Positions 8,617 to 19,144 of a stretch of 64,000 nucleotides of DNA are shown piece by piece. Position 1 is the stretch's first letter; every line of letters starts with the position of its first letter. A program made the position numbers and the translations under genes. A model generated the notes under the pieces. That model had not been told where the DNA came from and did not search any database. It saw only the letters and a program-made list of their open reading frames with translations. The stretch comes from Candidatus Bathyarchaeota archaeon (GTDB taxonomy: Archaea > Thermoproteota > Bathyarchaeia > 40CM-2-53-6). The DNA lies in assembly GCA_963726255.1 (NCBI GenBank), contig CAVSBL010000002.1:1440001-1504000 (forward strand), read 5' to 3'.

Positions 8617-8841
8617 ATTAGCAAAAATCTCCAAGGCCTAATATGGCGGCCTCGGTAAGAACACAGACAATTAGACGAGCATAAAGCATAGCCGAGGCTT
8701 TACGAGAAACAGGGGTTGTTTTCAGTGCTGTCCATAAGGCACGGTAAATATGGTATGGGCAGAGCGTGCCGTATCTTCCCAAGGGGAATACTGTTAGGTA
8801 CCATATGTCCACTCTTTGAGCCTGGCTCGGGGTGAAGGAAG

Positions 8842-9276
8842 CTGACGATCTTATCTGGCGAAGAGATTGAGAGGCGCGTTCGATGCGGATCGCTTGGCCT
8901 CACGCCTTTCGACCGTGGATGCTTGAATGGGGGCGGTTACGATCTGCGCTTGGCTATGGATGTAGTCATTCCAGCGGGCGAACATCGCTTGGTCGCAACT
9001 CTTGAAAGAGTTGAACTCGGAGATGATATAGTAGGAACAATGCACATTCGCTCCTCCCTTGCGCGCAGTGGAATCATGGCTAGCTTAGCGCTGGTGGACC
9101 CAGGCTTTCGCGGGCAGCTGACGATCTCACTCTTCAACGCGGGTGCCGATTCGTTCAAAATGAGTCGGAATAGCAGGTTCGTGCAGTTGACGTTGCATGA
9201 GCTTAGCAGTAAGACGAGACTCGTGTACACCGGGAAGTATCAAGATAGCCAAGGAATTGTAGATAGCCGACCCTAG
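8842..9276 (+). CDS. dcd: dCTP deaminase / trimeric dUTPase family
   Basis: RSSLAR, VDPGFRG and YTGKYQ motifs. The frame extends upstream to CTG at 8842 (TILSGEEI), behind a GGTGA Shine-Dalgarno. Confidence 0.85.
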   Translation: MTILSGEEIERRVRCGSLGLTPFDRGCLNGGGYDLRLAMDVVIPAGEHRLVATLERVELGDDIVGTMHIRSSLARSGIMASLALVDPGFRGQLTISLFNAGADSFKMSRNSRFVQLTLHELSSKTRLVYTGKYQDSQGIVDSRP

Positions 9277-9378
9277 TCGCCCTACTCTTTGTGTCAATTC
9301 GTGTCGAAACCGTTATTACTGTTCGGCATGGGCATGTGCATGTCCCTACTTGTCAAAGCGACTAAAGAAGGCGGCATA

Positions 9379-10128
9379 TTGAAAGCAGGTTCACGTATAT
9401 CCGACCTGAAATACAAGCTCATGACCATCGAGCTCCTCAACCTGGCCAAAAACTACTACACATACAGAGAACTCGCACAGATTATCGGCCTCCCTGAGAC
9501 GGTTCTAAGCAGGTACGTGAAAGGCCATGTTCTACCAACAATAGACAGAGCACAGAACATCAACAGAACCCTCCAGAAAATAATGCGACTTGAAGGAGAG
9601 ATTCAGCAAAGAATCCGTTTCGACGAATCGGGATACTTCGACAACACCAAACTCATTTCAGACACACTTCTACTTGAGCGGGCAGTTCAACATGCCGTAA
9701 ACGCATTTGCTGGCATGCGGATAACAAAGATCCTTGCCGCCGCCGTTGACGGCGTACCTCTGGCGGCGCTTCTTGCACACAGACTTGGCGTTGGCCTCGT
9801 AATTGCAAAGAAGAACAGGGAGGTAGGAGTACGAGAATTCATCGAGGAAGTTTACATCCCCAACAGGACTGCGATAATGGTCAGCCTATACGTCCCACGG
9901 GATGCGCTAAGGAAAGGAGACTGCGTACTAATAGTGGACGATGTCATCGACAGCGGTGAGACACAAATCGCTTTGACCAGAATCGTTCAGAAAGCCAAAG
10001 CGGAAGTTACAGGCATGTATGCACTTATCAGTACGGGTTCAGAGTGGAAGAACAGAATCGAAGCAGTCACTCATTGCCCCGTAGAAATCGTTTTGCAAGT
10101 AGGTAAGAAACCGCTACAAGAAGTCTGA
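9379..10128 (+). CDS. HTH-containing purine phosphoribosyltransferase family protein (PurR-like); start uncertain
   Basis: N-terminal HTH (YRELAQIIGLPETVLSRY) and PRPP-binding VLIVDDVIDSGET. Confidence 0.85.
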   Translation: MKAGSRISDLKYKLMTIELLNLAKNYYTYRELAQIIGLPETVLSRYVKGHVLPTIDRAQNINRTLQKIMRLEGEIQQRIRFDESGYFDNTKLISDTLLLERAVQHAVNAFAGMRITKILAAAVDGVPLAALLAHRLGVGLVIAKKNREVGVREFIEEVYIPNRTAIMVSLYVPRDALRKGDCVLIVDDVIDSGETQIALTRIVQKAKAEVTGMYALISTGSEWKNRIEAVTHCPVEIVLQVGKKPLQEV

Positions 10129-10228
10129 GTCAAGACCGGGCTTCGTTCAGCAGCCCGCCCGGATACGACTGGCTTTGCACGCCCATGCCTGTTAGCCTAT
10201 CTCAGTAGCCAGCTGCTGGTTTCATTCG

Positions 10229-11272
10229 CTAACTCTTGGGAATAGACATCTCAGCTTCGAGCACATTTGGCCTTAGCACGCCTCTCTCGGTAATGAAACC
10301 CGTCACAAGTTCCACGGGTGTCAGGTCGAAGGCTGGATTGAAGGCGAAGACACCTTTCGGTGCAATTCGTTTTCCTCCTATGTGGGTAACCTCCTGCGGG
10401 TTTCTTTCTTCGATTTTCACTTCAGACTGGTCGTTCCGGAGGTTGAAAGTTGAGGCAGGGGCCGCAACGTAGAATGGAACATTGTTCGCTTTCGCTGCCA
10501 GCGCAATAAGATAAGTACCTACCTTATTGGCCACGAATTTCTTTGTGATCCGATCCGCGCCCACAATCACTTTTTGCACCATACCCATTTCCATCACGTA
10601 GCCAACCGCTCCGTCAACTATCAATGTGACCGGAATTCCATCCCTGAGTAGTTCGTAAGTGGTCAGTTTGGCTCCCTGAAGCCTAGGCCGCGTCTCAGTG
10701 GCGATAACTCGAACTTTCTTGCCCTGTCGGATAGCTGTGCGAACAGGGGCAATTGCGGTCCCGTAACTTACAGTTGCGAGTGTTCCAGCGTTGCAATGGG
10801 TTAGGACTTGATCGCCATCATCAATAAGGCTGGCTCCGTGTTCGCCGATCCTGTGGTTTGCTTCGACATCTTCCTGGGCGATTTGTTGAGCTTCAGCAAC
10901 GACTTGCGCGGCTATCTCGTTCGGTCCACCCTCTGTTTGTTGGGCTTTCCGAAGAACCCTGTCAATCGCCCAGAATAGATTCCACGCGGTTGGGCGACTG
11001 TTTCGAAGTACTTCCGCTGCAGCTTGAAGGCCCTGCATGAACTGGCCTTTGTCTTTGGTTCGGTTCGCATTGGCCGCTAGCGCAAGCCCCATTGCAGCGG
11101 CAACGCCGATTGCTGGCGCCCCACGCACGGTCATGTCTTTGATGGCCTTTGCAACCTGCCGGTAATTTCGGAAGGATACGTAGGCAAATTTGTTGGGCAG
11201 CTTGGTTTGATCTATCATTCTCACTCGGCCGTCAACCCATTCAACAGTTCTCAGCGCGGACATGGGCTCCAA
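10229..11272 (-). CDS. mtnA: S-methyl-5-thioribose-1-phosphate isomerase (eIF2B-related)
   Basis: VRGAPAIG, SRPTA, THCNAG, ETRPRLQGAKLT, GADRI and ANKVGTY motifs. Confidence 0.92.
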   Translation of the reverse strand: MEPMSALRTVEWVDGRVRMIDQTKLPNKFAYVSFRNYRQVAKAIKDMTVRGAPAIGVAAAMGLALAANANRTKDKGQFMQGLQAAAEVLRNSRPTAWNLFWAIDRVLRKAQQTEGGPNEIAAQVVAEAQQIAQEDVEANHRIGEHGASLIDDGDQVLTHCNAGTLATVSYGTAIAPVRTAIRQGKKVRVIATETRPRLQGAKLTTYELLRDGIPVTLIVDGAVGYVMEMGMVQKVIVGADRITKKFVANKVGTYLIALAAKANNVPFYVAAPASTFNLRNDQSEVKIEERNPQEVTHIGGKRIAPKGVFAFNPAFDLTPVELVTGFITERGVLRPNVLEAEMSIPKS

Positions 11273-11461
11273 GTAAGTCGCCTGTTAAGGACTAGGGTTA
11301 CCTGTTGGATTAGCTTTCCCATACCATTTGCTTGGTTGAGCGTTCGCCGAGTTCAGTGTTGACCAATTTCGGAAACTTACGGAGCAAAATATTGCTATCC
11401 GGCTACCTAGTCACAAAAGCATTAAGGGATGATGCGTCAGCGGTGAGGCAAGTGCTATCAC

Positions 11462-12025
11462 ATGGAGAACAGCCCCGCGCCCGTTCCTCAAGCCCCTTCA
11501 CAGACACAAGAAAAGCCACTGTTCACTCCCTGGAACGCCGTGTCCGACGGGCGTTTGGTCTACTTACCATACAAATCTGAACTCATGGAGCTACGAGACC
11601 GGGGGTTCGGCGAACTCAGAAAAGACAAGCTTCTCCTGTCTTCATACGAATCCTTCTACCTCCTAGAGAAACAGAAAATTCGCGTTTTCACCAAGAAAAG
11701 CAACCGGGAGTTAGAGCTTCGAGACCTTGTCCGGACATTTTCCGTCGGTAGACCCGAGATCTGGATAAAGTACTTGGTCTACAGGGACCTACGGGACCGT
11801 GGTTACATAGTTCGCGAGTCCACCAGGGCTTTCGATTTTGACATTTACGGAAAAGGGCCGCTAAGGCGATTAATCTCGATCGTATACGAGGGTGGCGAGG
11901 CAAGCCTCAGGAAACTGAGAGGACTACTTCAATATTCTGACAAGGAAAAGAAGGAACTGATACTAGCAGTTGTAGACCGACGCACAGACATAGTCTACTA
12001 TACGTTGAACTCGTTAAAGGTCTAG
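11462..12025 (+). CDS. endA: tRNA-intron (splicing) endonuclease, probable structural (beta) subunit
   Basis: YESFYLLE, YLVYRDLRDRGYIVR and LAVVDRRTDIVYY motifs. No His after the DFDIY motif. Confidence 0.85.
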   Translation: MENSPAPVPQAPSQTQEKPLFTPWNAVSDGRLVYLPYKSELMELRDRGFGELRKDKLLLSSYESFYLLEKQKIRVFTKKSNRELELRDLVRTFSVGRPEIWIKYLVYRDLRDRGYIVRESTRAFDFDIYGKGPLRRLISIVYEGGEASLRKLRGLLQYSDKEKKELILAVVDRRTDIVYYTLNSLKV

Positions 12026-12040
12026 AGACCGAACGGCGAC

Positions 12041-12559
12041 TTATTGGGGCTGCCGAGCGTTGCAGTGCGGGCAGATAAGTTCTCCACCGTGCAACTGAGC
12101 ACCGCACTGAACGCAATACCTGACTTGAGCAGGGCCAGTTCCCAGCGGCGGGACTGTTTGGGGTATTGCTGATTCGGCGCCGCGGTGATGAACGGCGCCT
12201 CCTATTGCCCCGCCGAATGCACCCGCAACAACGTTCGTTAGGAGAATAAAAACGACTGCTTCCTGCAACTGCGACAAGGGCGGCGTCGGGCCAGCGGGGT
12301 TGGGGACCACCTCGAAAACCAGGAATATCTCTAAAACACCTAGAAAGAACGGTATCGCAAGGATACTAGCCAATGCACCCGTTGCAGCAGCCTGATTGAT
12401 CTTTCCGTGGAGGACGTAGGCTGCGACTGCCCCCCCAATTATGGCTCCAGTCGCCGTGGAAATGGGCGGATCAACCACAATGCCCAAAACCGCAGCGAGT
12501 ACACCGCCAACAACTAGGCCGCTGCAGGTTGCAGCCCAAAAATCCTTACTCTTGGCGGA
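12041..12559 (-). CDS. Four-TM membrane protein with C-terminal zinc ribbon
   Basis: Gly/Ala-rich TM helices, CVQC...CPHC. Confidence 0.75.
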   Translation of the reverse strand, partial: SAKSKDFWAATCSGLVVGGVLAAVLGIVVDPPISTATGAIIGGAVAAYVLHGKINQAAATGALASILAIPFFLGVLEIFLVFEVVPNPAGPTPPLSQLQEAVVFILLTNVVAGAFGGAIGGAVHHRGAESAIPQTVPPLGTGPAQVRYCVQCGAQLHGGELICPHCNARQPQ

Positions 12560-12683
12560 CATAGCAACTCTAACTCCCAGAATTCCAGCCTCGCTATAAA
12601 GGAATTGCACCTAAGTGGTCCACATTCGACTCACAATGTTATAGGAGGGGCTCTCGTAGCTGCAACCCCGAACGTGAAGAAAC

Positions 12684-13997
12684 TTGACCGCCAAAACATT
12701 CACCCTCCCGCGAGGGATCCGAGACACAGACTCTAATGAGATGAATCGAAGATTATGGCTCTACGACAAGATACGCGACGTTGTTCGAAGGTATGGGTTC
12801 CAGATGGTTGAACCTGCAACGATTGAAAACTTGGAAACCCTTGAAGCGAAGAGTGGGCCAGCCATCCGCAATGAAATCTACTGGTTCAAGGACAAAAGCG
12901 GCCGAAGCCTTGGCCTCCGTTTCGACCTGACAGTAGGCTTGGCGAGGATGGTCGCTAATCGCTCCGACCTACCCGAACCCATCAAGTTCGCCACGATTGG
13001 TGGAAACTGGCGGTATGACGAACCACAATTTGGAAGGTATCGATACTTCACCCAATGGGACGTTGAAATCTTCGGCTCTGAAAGCCCGTTAGCCGATGCT
13101 GAGGTGATTAGCGTTGGGGCGGATATTTTAGGCGGCGTTGGTTTGAAAGATTCCATTATCAGAATAAGTAACCGTAAGCTCACGGAAGCTTACCTAAAGC
13201 AGTTAGGTATTCGTACGGGCAAGGCACTCGACCAGTGCCTCAGAACCATCGATAAGCTACGAAAAGCGAACCGCCCGCAGCTCGAAAAGGAGTTCCAAGC
13301 GGCCAAAGCAAAGAAAGATGCAATTGAAGACATCTTCTCGTTCATTTCTCTGAATGGCTCGCCCGAGAATGTTCTTGCGAGGCTGGATGGCTTCACCTTC
13401 AAGGAAGAGAATGCTAAGAAGGGTTTGGAGGAGTTGAAGATTCTAGCAGACGCATTAGCATCATTCGGGCGTTTGGGAATCTGTGCCTATGACCTCAGCA
13501 TAGTGCGTGGCATCGGTTACTACGACGGAATCGTCTTCGAAGCTTTCGACAAGGGTGGGGAGGACGTGGGCTCAATCTTCGGAGGGGGAAGGTACGATCG
13601 CCTGTGCAAGATATACGGAAAACGCGACATACCCGCAACTGGCGTGGCTGGTGGAATTGAACGCCTCATGATCTCCCTAGAACGGGGCAACCTGTTTCCG
13701 AAAAGCCAACTCGGTGCTAAAGTCTTCGTCGCAACGGTTCAGGAGAGTCTTAAGCAGGAGGCCATCAAGCTAGCCCAGAAACTTCGCGAGAACGGTGTGG
13801 CAACCGAAGTTGACTTGAAAACACGACCTTTCGGTAAGCAGCTAGAGTATGCTAATACGACAAGGATTCCATACTTGATAGTGCTCGGCCCACAAGAACT
13901 TCAATCGCAAATGGTCAAGGTTAAGGATATGGCCACTCGGAACGAAATGGAAGTGCCCTTGACCGGTCTAGTTGAGAAACTTCAGTCGCTGAATTAG
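12684..13997 (+). CDS. hisS: Histidine--tRNA ligase
   Basis: LRFDLT, WRYDEPQFGRYRYFTQ, RGIGYYDG and GGGRYD motifs, C-terminal anticodon-binding domain. Confidence 0.96.
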   Translation: MTAKTFTLPRGIRDTDSNEMNRRLWLYDKIRDVVRRYGFQMVEPATIENLETLEAKSGPAIRNEIYWFKDKSGRSLGLRFDLTVGLARMVANRSDLPEPIKFATIGGNWRYDEPQFGRYRYFTQWDVEIFGSESPLADAEVISVGADILGGVGLKDSIIRISNRKLTEAYLKQLGIRTGKALDQCLRTIDKLRKANRPQLEKEFQAAKAKKDAIEDIFSFISLNGSPENVLARLDGFTFKEENAKKGLEELKILADALASFGRLGICAYDLSIVRGIGYYDGIVFEAFDKGGEDVGSIFGGGRYDRLCKIYGKRDIPATGVAGGIERLMISLERGNLFPKSQLGAKVFVATVQESLKQEAIKLAQKLRENGVATEVDLKTRPFGKQLEYANTTRIPYLIVLGPQELQSQMVKVKDMATRNEMEVPLTGLVEKLQSLN

Positions 13998-14422
13998 TCG
14001 CCGCCTATGAAGACTTCTTTCTCATAAGACTGTAGTATTGCAGTTAGGGTAGCCCGCTCACCGACTAAGTCACGCGTAGACACCACCCCAACCAACTTCC
14101 CTTGCTCGTCGACCACGACCACATGCCTGATTCTGTGTTTGTTCATGGCCTTAGCAGCTTCCGCCACTTCGGAGCTGGCCTTGACGGTGACAACCTGTTT
14201 CGTACTCACCTCGTCTATCGGCGAGGTTAACTTTCTGCCCGACGCTATCGCTTTCATGATGTCTCTTTCGGAGACAACTCCGGCAAGTTTCGTTTTGTCC
14301 CCGGCTTCGCATATGACTAGGAGTCCGATGTTGTTCTCAACCATGAGCTTCGCCGCATCAACCATTGATCTTCCGGCCGGAATCGTGACAGGGGGCCGCT
14401 GGATTATGTCCCCAACGATCAT
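13994..14422 (-). CDS. CBS domain pair protein
   Basis: Two CBS repeats (GVVSERDI, GVVSTRDL). Confidence 0.9.
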   Translation of the reverse strand: MIVGDIIQRPPVTIPAGRSMVDAAKLMVENNIGLLVICEAGDKTKLAGVVSERDIMKAIASGRKLTSPIDEVSTKQVVTVKASSEVAEAAKAMNKHRIRHVVVVDEQGKLVGVVSTRDLVGERATLTAILQSYEKEVFIGGD

Positions 14423-14424
14423 GT

Positions 14425-15593
14425 TTACTGATCCTCCGCCCTGCCAAGTCTAGAATCTATCGGGATATATGGCAGCGCCGTTTTTCCCACGTATAGAGCC
14501 TTAGGTCGAATCAGCCTGTTTGCTTCTAGATATTCAATCGCGTGCGCGGTCCATCCGGCAATTCTACTCATGGCGAAGATGGCGGTGAACAAATCTGTGC
14601 TGATTCCAAGCACGTGAAAGACGATGCCTGAGTACGAGTCCACGTTCGGGAAAATCGGAAGCCCCTCGAGGTGTTTTCGCCGCTCGTCTCAATCGCTTCC
14701 GCTGTGTCGAATAACTTCGTTTGGCCCCTCTTTGCCGCTAGTTCTCCGCCAAGTTTCTTTAGAATCACATATCTTGGATCCCAAGTCTTGTAAACGCGAT
14801 GGCCGAATCCCATGATCTTCTTTTTCTGAGCGAGGCATTCGGTGACGTAACTCTCCGCTCTAGATGGCTCGCCCACCTCCATGACCGTCCGCAATGCAGC
14901 TTCGTTAGCGCCCCCGTGGAGTGGCCCTCTCAACGTCCCGATCCCTGAAGTTATTATGGAGTACATATCCGCTAGCGTTGAAGCAGTCACCGTGCACGAG
15001 AAGGTTGACGCGTTCATCTCGTGCTCCGCGTGAAGAATCAGGGCGACATCCATGACCTGGGCGTCGTACGGCTCAGGCTCCTTTCCCGTTAACATATACA
15101 GAAAATCTGCTGCGTGACTTAGTCCAAGTTTTGGTAAAATGGGCTCTCTTTGGTTTCTTATTCTGTCAAATGCGGTAATTATCGTGGGTGTTTTAGCTAA
15201 GATTCTAAGCGCCTTATCGATTCGTTCCTCGATGCTGTCCGTCATCGGGTGAGGGTCGTACACGCCGAGGGCCGAGACTGCTGTCCTTAAGACGTCCATT
15301 GGATCGCTGCTGGCGGGACATGAGCGAATTAGTTGCAGCACGCCTGGCTCAAGCGTGCGGTAGGACTCAATTCGACCCTTGAATTCGTCCAATTGGGATT
15401 TTGTTGGGAGCCAACCGTAGATGAGCAGGTAGGTAGTTTCTTCGAAGGTGGAGTGTTCGGATAGGTCATCGATGCTGTAGCCGCGGTAGAAGAGTTTGCT
15501 CGCTTCTCCGTCTATAAAACAGATCTTACTCTCTTTCACGTATACATTGTCAAGCCCTTTGTGAATGACAACGGGCTCTTTTACAGCAGTCAA
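14425..15593 (-). CDS. gltA: Citrate synthase / 2-methylcitrate synthase, apparent -1 frameshift near 14680
   Basis: HAEHEMNAST, LHGGAN and MGFGHRVY motifs. FPNVDSYSG...SRIAGW continues in the next frame (ORF 14425-14643). Confidence 0.9.
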
Positions 15594-15674
15594 TTCGACC
15601 TGAATGTGATTCTACCTGGTCGTTTATACAAATTGCTTAGAAAAAAGAGAGGAGGGAAAATTTAGCCGGTTGGA

Positions 15675-16439
15675 CTAGGTGATTGTTACTGTGCCGTCGC
15701 CCAGGAACCAGAAGGGAGGCGTGTAAACCGTATCGAGGGGATCTTTCGGTACCATATTCGAATATGGCGAGACCGTACTGTACACCGAGTCTAGAACGTC
15801 GTTCCCATTTGACAGGTAGCTGACCAGTTGGCCGGTTAGATCGTCAATTAGGCCAAATTGGAGTGAGATGTCCCCGTTGCAAGCGACCGCTGCTCGAGCA
15901 CCTGCACTAACTAAGGCCTGGCCAATTCCGTTGGAATTCGAGGATATGAGCAGAATTAGTTTGACGTTGCTGAGAGAGCCGGGTGAGAAGTGGTTGGTGA
16001 AGAAGTCGAGGTCAACCCCTAGGGTTCCAGCGTTACCATTGATCCAGCCTTGACTGAAGTCCGAGGCGTATTTCTGTTGCGTCACACCATTGACTACCTC
16101 TCCAACGTACCAGTAGGTGGTGTGAGCAAATGTGTACGTGTTCGAGCGCCAGATTATTACATCATAATTATTCAGTTGAGTTAACAGGAAATCAATAGTG
16201 ACTGCGGAGTCGTTAACGAAAGTTACCTGATATCCGGCGTGCTTCAGATCCTCACTGATCAGCTTGCCATGGAAGCCCATGTGGGCCAGTGCCTCGAGAG
16301 ACGACAGTATGACGGCCTTGCGTTGGCTTTGCGCTAGAACGGGGGGCAACCCAAAGCTTAGCGCCGAAACAGGTGCGACCCCAACGACTGGGATAGACAA
16401 TAGTACCATTATGACTGCGGCAAGAAATATTCGTTGCAA
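15675..16439 (-). CDS. Secreted hypothetical protein
   Basis: Signal peptide, 254-aa ORF, followed by a U-rich tract. Confidence 0.7.
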   Translation of the reverse strand: MQRIFLAAVIMVLLSIPVVGVAPVSALSFGLPPVLAQSQRKAVILSSLEALAHMGFHGKLISEDLKHAGYQVTFVNDSAVTIDFLLTQLNNYDVIIWRSNTYTFAHTTYWYVGEVVNGVTQQKYASDFSQGWINGNAGTLGVDLDFFTNHFSPGSLSNVKLILLISSNSNGIGQALVSAGARAAVACNGDISLQFGLIDDLTGQLVSYLSNGNDVLDSVYSTVSPYSNMVPKDPLDTVYTPPFWFLGDGTVTIT

Positions 16440-16685
16440 ATTCTACACCTTTGCGGGCAGGAAGGATTCCGGGAAATAAAGAGTATCCTCGGAGGGTAAC
16501 AAATGCAAGTAAAAAATGCTCGAGAAAATTATTGGGAGTTACGACCCGGATACAACGAGCCCGTAGACGCGGACACTGCAATACGCGTTGTTCGTTTTAA
16601 TGTTTCAGTGACTTCTTGATGCAAAGGCGTCAATGAGTCAACAATGGCTGATGCTTCTAATCGCCTGTTGAAAGAAATGTGAATT

Positions 16686-16874
16686 TCACTTGCTGAAATG
16701 AATAAGCAAAAGCCCGAGAGCTACGAGGACGCTCCCCCGAAAGATCGTGTCCCATGCCAAGTTGAATGGGCCGAATCGCCAGTAAGATGCGCCGTACGCG
16801 TTGCCCAAATAGAGTCCGCCAAATGTGCAGATTAAGCCGCCTAGGTATTTCATGAGCCTTGAAATTAACGCCAT
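16686..16874 (-). CDS. Small two-TM membrane protein
   Basis: 62 aa with two hydrophobic segments. Confidence 0.5.
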   Translation of the reverse strand: MALISRLMKYLGGLICTFGGLYLGNAYGASYWRFGPFNLAWDTIFRGSVLVALGLLLIHFSK

Positions 16875-16983
16875 GTTGATTCAGGGTGAGATGGCGCATT
16901 GGATTTGTGTTAATGGCTTGTGGCCTCATCCCCATGAAACATTAATATACCTATAATGGTACACTATTGTTTCGGCGCCCGAT

Positions 16984-17757
16984 ATGTCCCACGCTTCCAG
17001 AACACCACCCTGTAACTCCGACACGGAAACGAGGTCGGCGACGTTCCCAGCCCTATACGAGCTCTCTCGGCCACTACTGGACTACAATATCGTCATCGCC
17101 ATCGTCAAGGGGGATGTCGGGGCAGTCAACATACTCAAAGACGCGATGAGCATTTCAAAGGACCTTCGCATCGACAACCTAATTCTGGCGCTAGGACCTA
17201 CTACGCCGCTGTCGCTCCGACCACCTTCAGGATCGAGAATATTGTGGGCAACATTCACTGACGGCCAAAACCTCCTAAACGGCCCCCGATTAACCATAGT
17301 GCCACCAAACCAGCTCACAGACCTAAGCTTGAGCCTGGAAAAACTCTCCAAAACAAGAACCGGCCGCATTCCACTAATCATGGGAGACTTTCTTGACAAC
17401 GTGCTCTCCGTCTCCTCAGCCCCAGCAGAACTCTATTCATTCTTATGCAAACTCTTCACCAGAATTCGGACAAACGGGCAGACGGCGTTCTTCGTAGCGA
17501 CAGAGGATTTGCACGACTCAAAGAAAACTGCAATACTCAAGAGGTTCGCCGACGTTGTCATCGAATACCGAGCAGTACAGGAACTAACCGAGAGCAGGCT
17601 GGAAGCTCGTATCTTCGACCACGCAGAGAACCACTACACTATATGGGACGAGAAAAGCACGTACTCGAAATATGAAAATCGACCATTCCTAAGCCACGAG
17701 CTTCCAAAGATCGGGCGCCAGCCCAACCTCATCACCGAAGCCCAAGGATATTTCTAG
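16984..17757 (+). CDS. Hypothetical protein with degenerate RecA/KaiC-like C-terminal half
   Basis: LIMGDFLD...LKRFADVVIEYR resembles inactive KaiC-like folds. No Walker A. Confidence 0.55.
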   Translation: MSHASRTPPCNSDTETRSATFPALYELSRPLLDYNIVIAIVKGDVGAVNILKDAMSISKDLRIDNLILALGPTTPLSLRPPSGSRILWATFTDGQNLLNGPRLTIVPPNQLTDLSLSLEKLSKTRTGRIPLIMGDFLDNVLSVSSAPAELYSFLCKLFTRIRTNGQTAFFVATEDLHDSKKTAILKRFADVVIEYRAVQELTESRLEARIFDHAENHYTIWDEKSTYSKYENRPFLSHELPKIGRQPNLITEAQGYF

Positions 17758-17781
17758 CAAGTCGGACTGAACAACGAGAAG

Positions 17782-19068
17782 TTACGCGGTTCTTATCGTT
17801 GCTGCCCCTTGCAGGCCAAGCTCCTTAATTGAAATCTCCCGCATCTTGAACTTCTGGATTTTCCCCGTAACCGTCATAGGAAACGAGTCTGTGAACTTGA
17901 AGTAGGCTGGAACCTTGAAGTACGCTATTCTCGCTTTGCAGTATTCCTGAAGTTCCAGGGCTGTTGCAGTCTGCCCAGGTTTCAGTTTGACCCACGCCAT
18001 GACTTCTTCTCCGTACTTTCGGCTTGGAACTCCGATTACTTGAACATCCGAAACCTTGGGATGCGTGTAGAGGAAATCTTCCACTTCTCTCGGGAAAATC
18101 TTCTCGCCGCCACGGCTAATCATATCCTTAGTTCGCCCGACGATGTTCACGTAGCCATTCTGTTGCATAACTGCAAGGTCTCCAGTGTGCATCCAACCCT
18201 CGGAGTCAATGGCTTCCCGAGTGGCTTCTGGATTGTTCCAATACTTCAGCATCACGAGGTAACCGCGAACGCACAACTCTCCCGCAGATCCGCATGGTAG
18301 AGTTCGGCGATGAACATTGTTGGTACGCCGTGAAGCGCTGTGCACTTTTCCTCCTCCACAGTCCTGAGGACGGTTTCCGCGCTGAAAGCATCCGAGGGAA
18401 GAACCATGGTTGCACCATGGGTAACGCACGCAAGGTTCCCTAGCACCATTCCGAAACAATGGTAGAAGGGTACTGGGATGCACAATCTGTCGTGGTGAGT
18501 GAAATTCATTCCCTCGCCAACGAAGAAACCATTATTCAAGATGCCATAATGGGTTAGGGTGGCGCCTTTCGGAAAACCAGTGGTTCCCGACGTATATTGA
18601 ATGTTGATGGCGTCATAACATTCGAGCGCCCTTTCTCTTTCTCTAAGCTCGGCTGGGGAGGAGTTCATTGTTCCGATGTCTATGAAACGTTCCCAGGGAA
18701 GCATTGAGGATGGGGAGGGCTCACCGCAATTGCTGAGTGTTATGACTCGTCGTAGGGCGGGGACACGGGTTGCTTTGATTTCCTGGTCAGGCGAATTGAG
18801 TCATGACCCATTCCGCGTTGTTCGGGGACCATATGCCGACGCAATCTCCCTTCTGCACGCCGAACCCGAGAAGCGCTGCGGCAAATTCATCCACCCGTTC
18901 CTTGAGCTGTGCGTAAGTGAACCTGAGGCCCTGATGCCTTGAAACGAGCGCCTCTCCATCCTCATACCTAGAGACTACCTCGTCGAAGAAACTCCCAACC
19001 GTCTTTTCGATGAGAAGCCTATCTGCCGGGCCTTGTTGGTAGCTTGGGCCCGGCCTGTTTTCCTTCAT
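17782..19068 (-). pseudogene. Long-chain acyl-CoA synthetase (ACSF2-like) with two internal deletions and frameshifts
   Basis: Three fragments in different frames (…WVMTQFA | …[12 protein letters not shown]…IAELYHAD | GELCVRGY…TGKIQK). Conserved segments are missing at about 18789 and 18284. Confidence 0.8.
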
Positions 19069-19144
19069 TTGCGCTCGCACGCCGTTTGGGGTTTGGGGGT
19101 GGAAGAATAGTTCTTGGTACCTTTACTAAATACGGTAAAATGCT

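Noticed and set aside
8645-8775. Inverted repeats gcctcgg/ccgaggc and ggcacg/cgtgcc as a MITE or riboswitch
   Set aside because: The repeats are too short, there is no target-site duplication, and no second copy in the window.
10130-10228. Two short GC-rich inverted repeats between convergent genes as a guide RNA
   Set aside because: No clear C/D or ACA boxes or K-turn. They could be chance or terminator structure.
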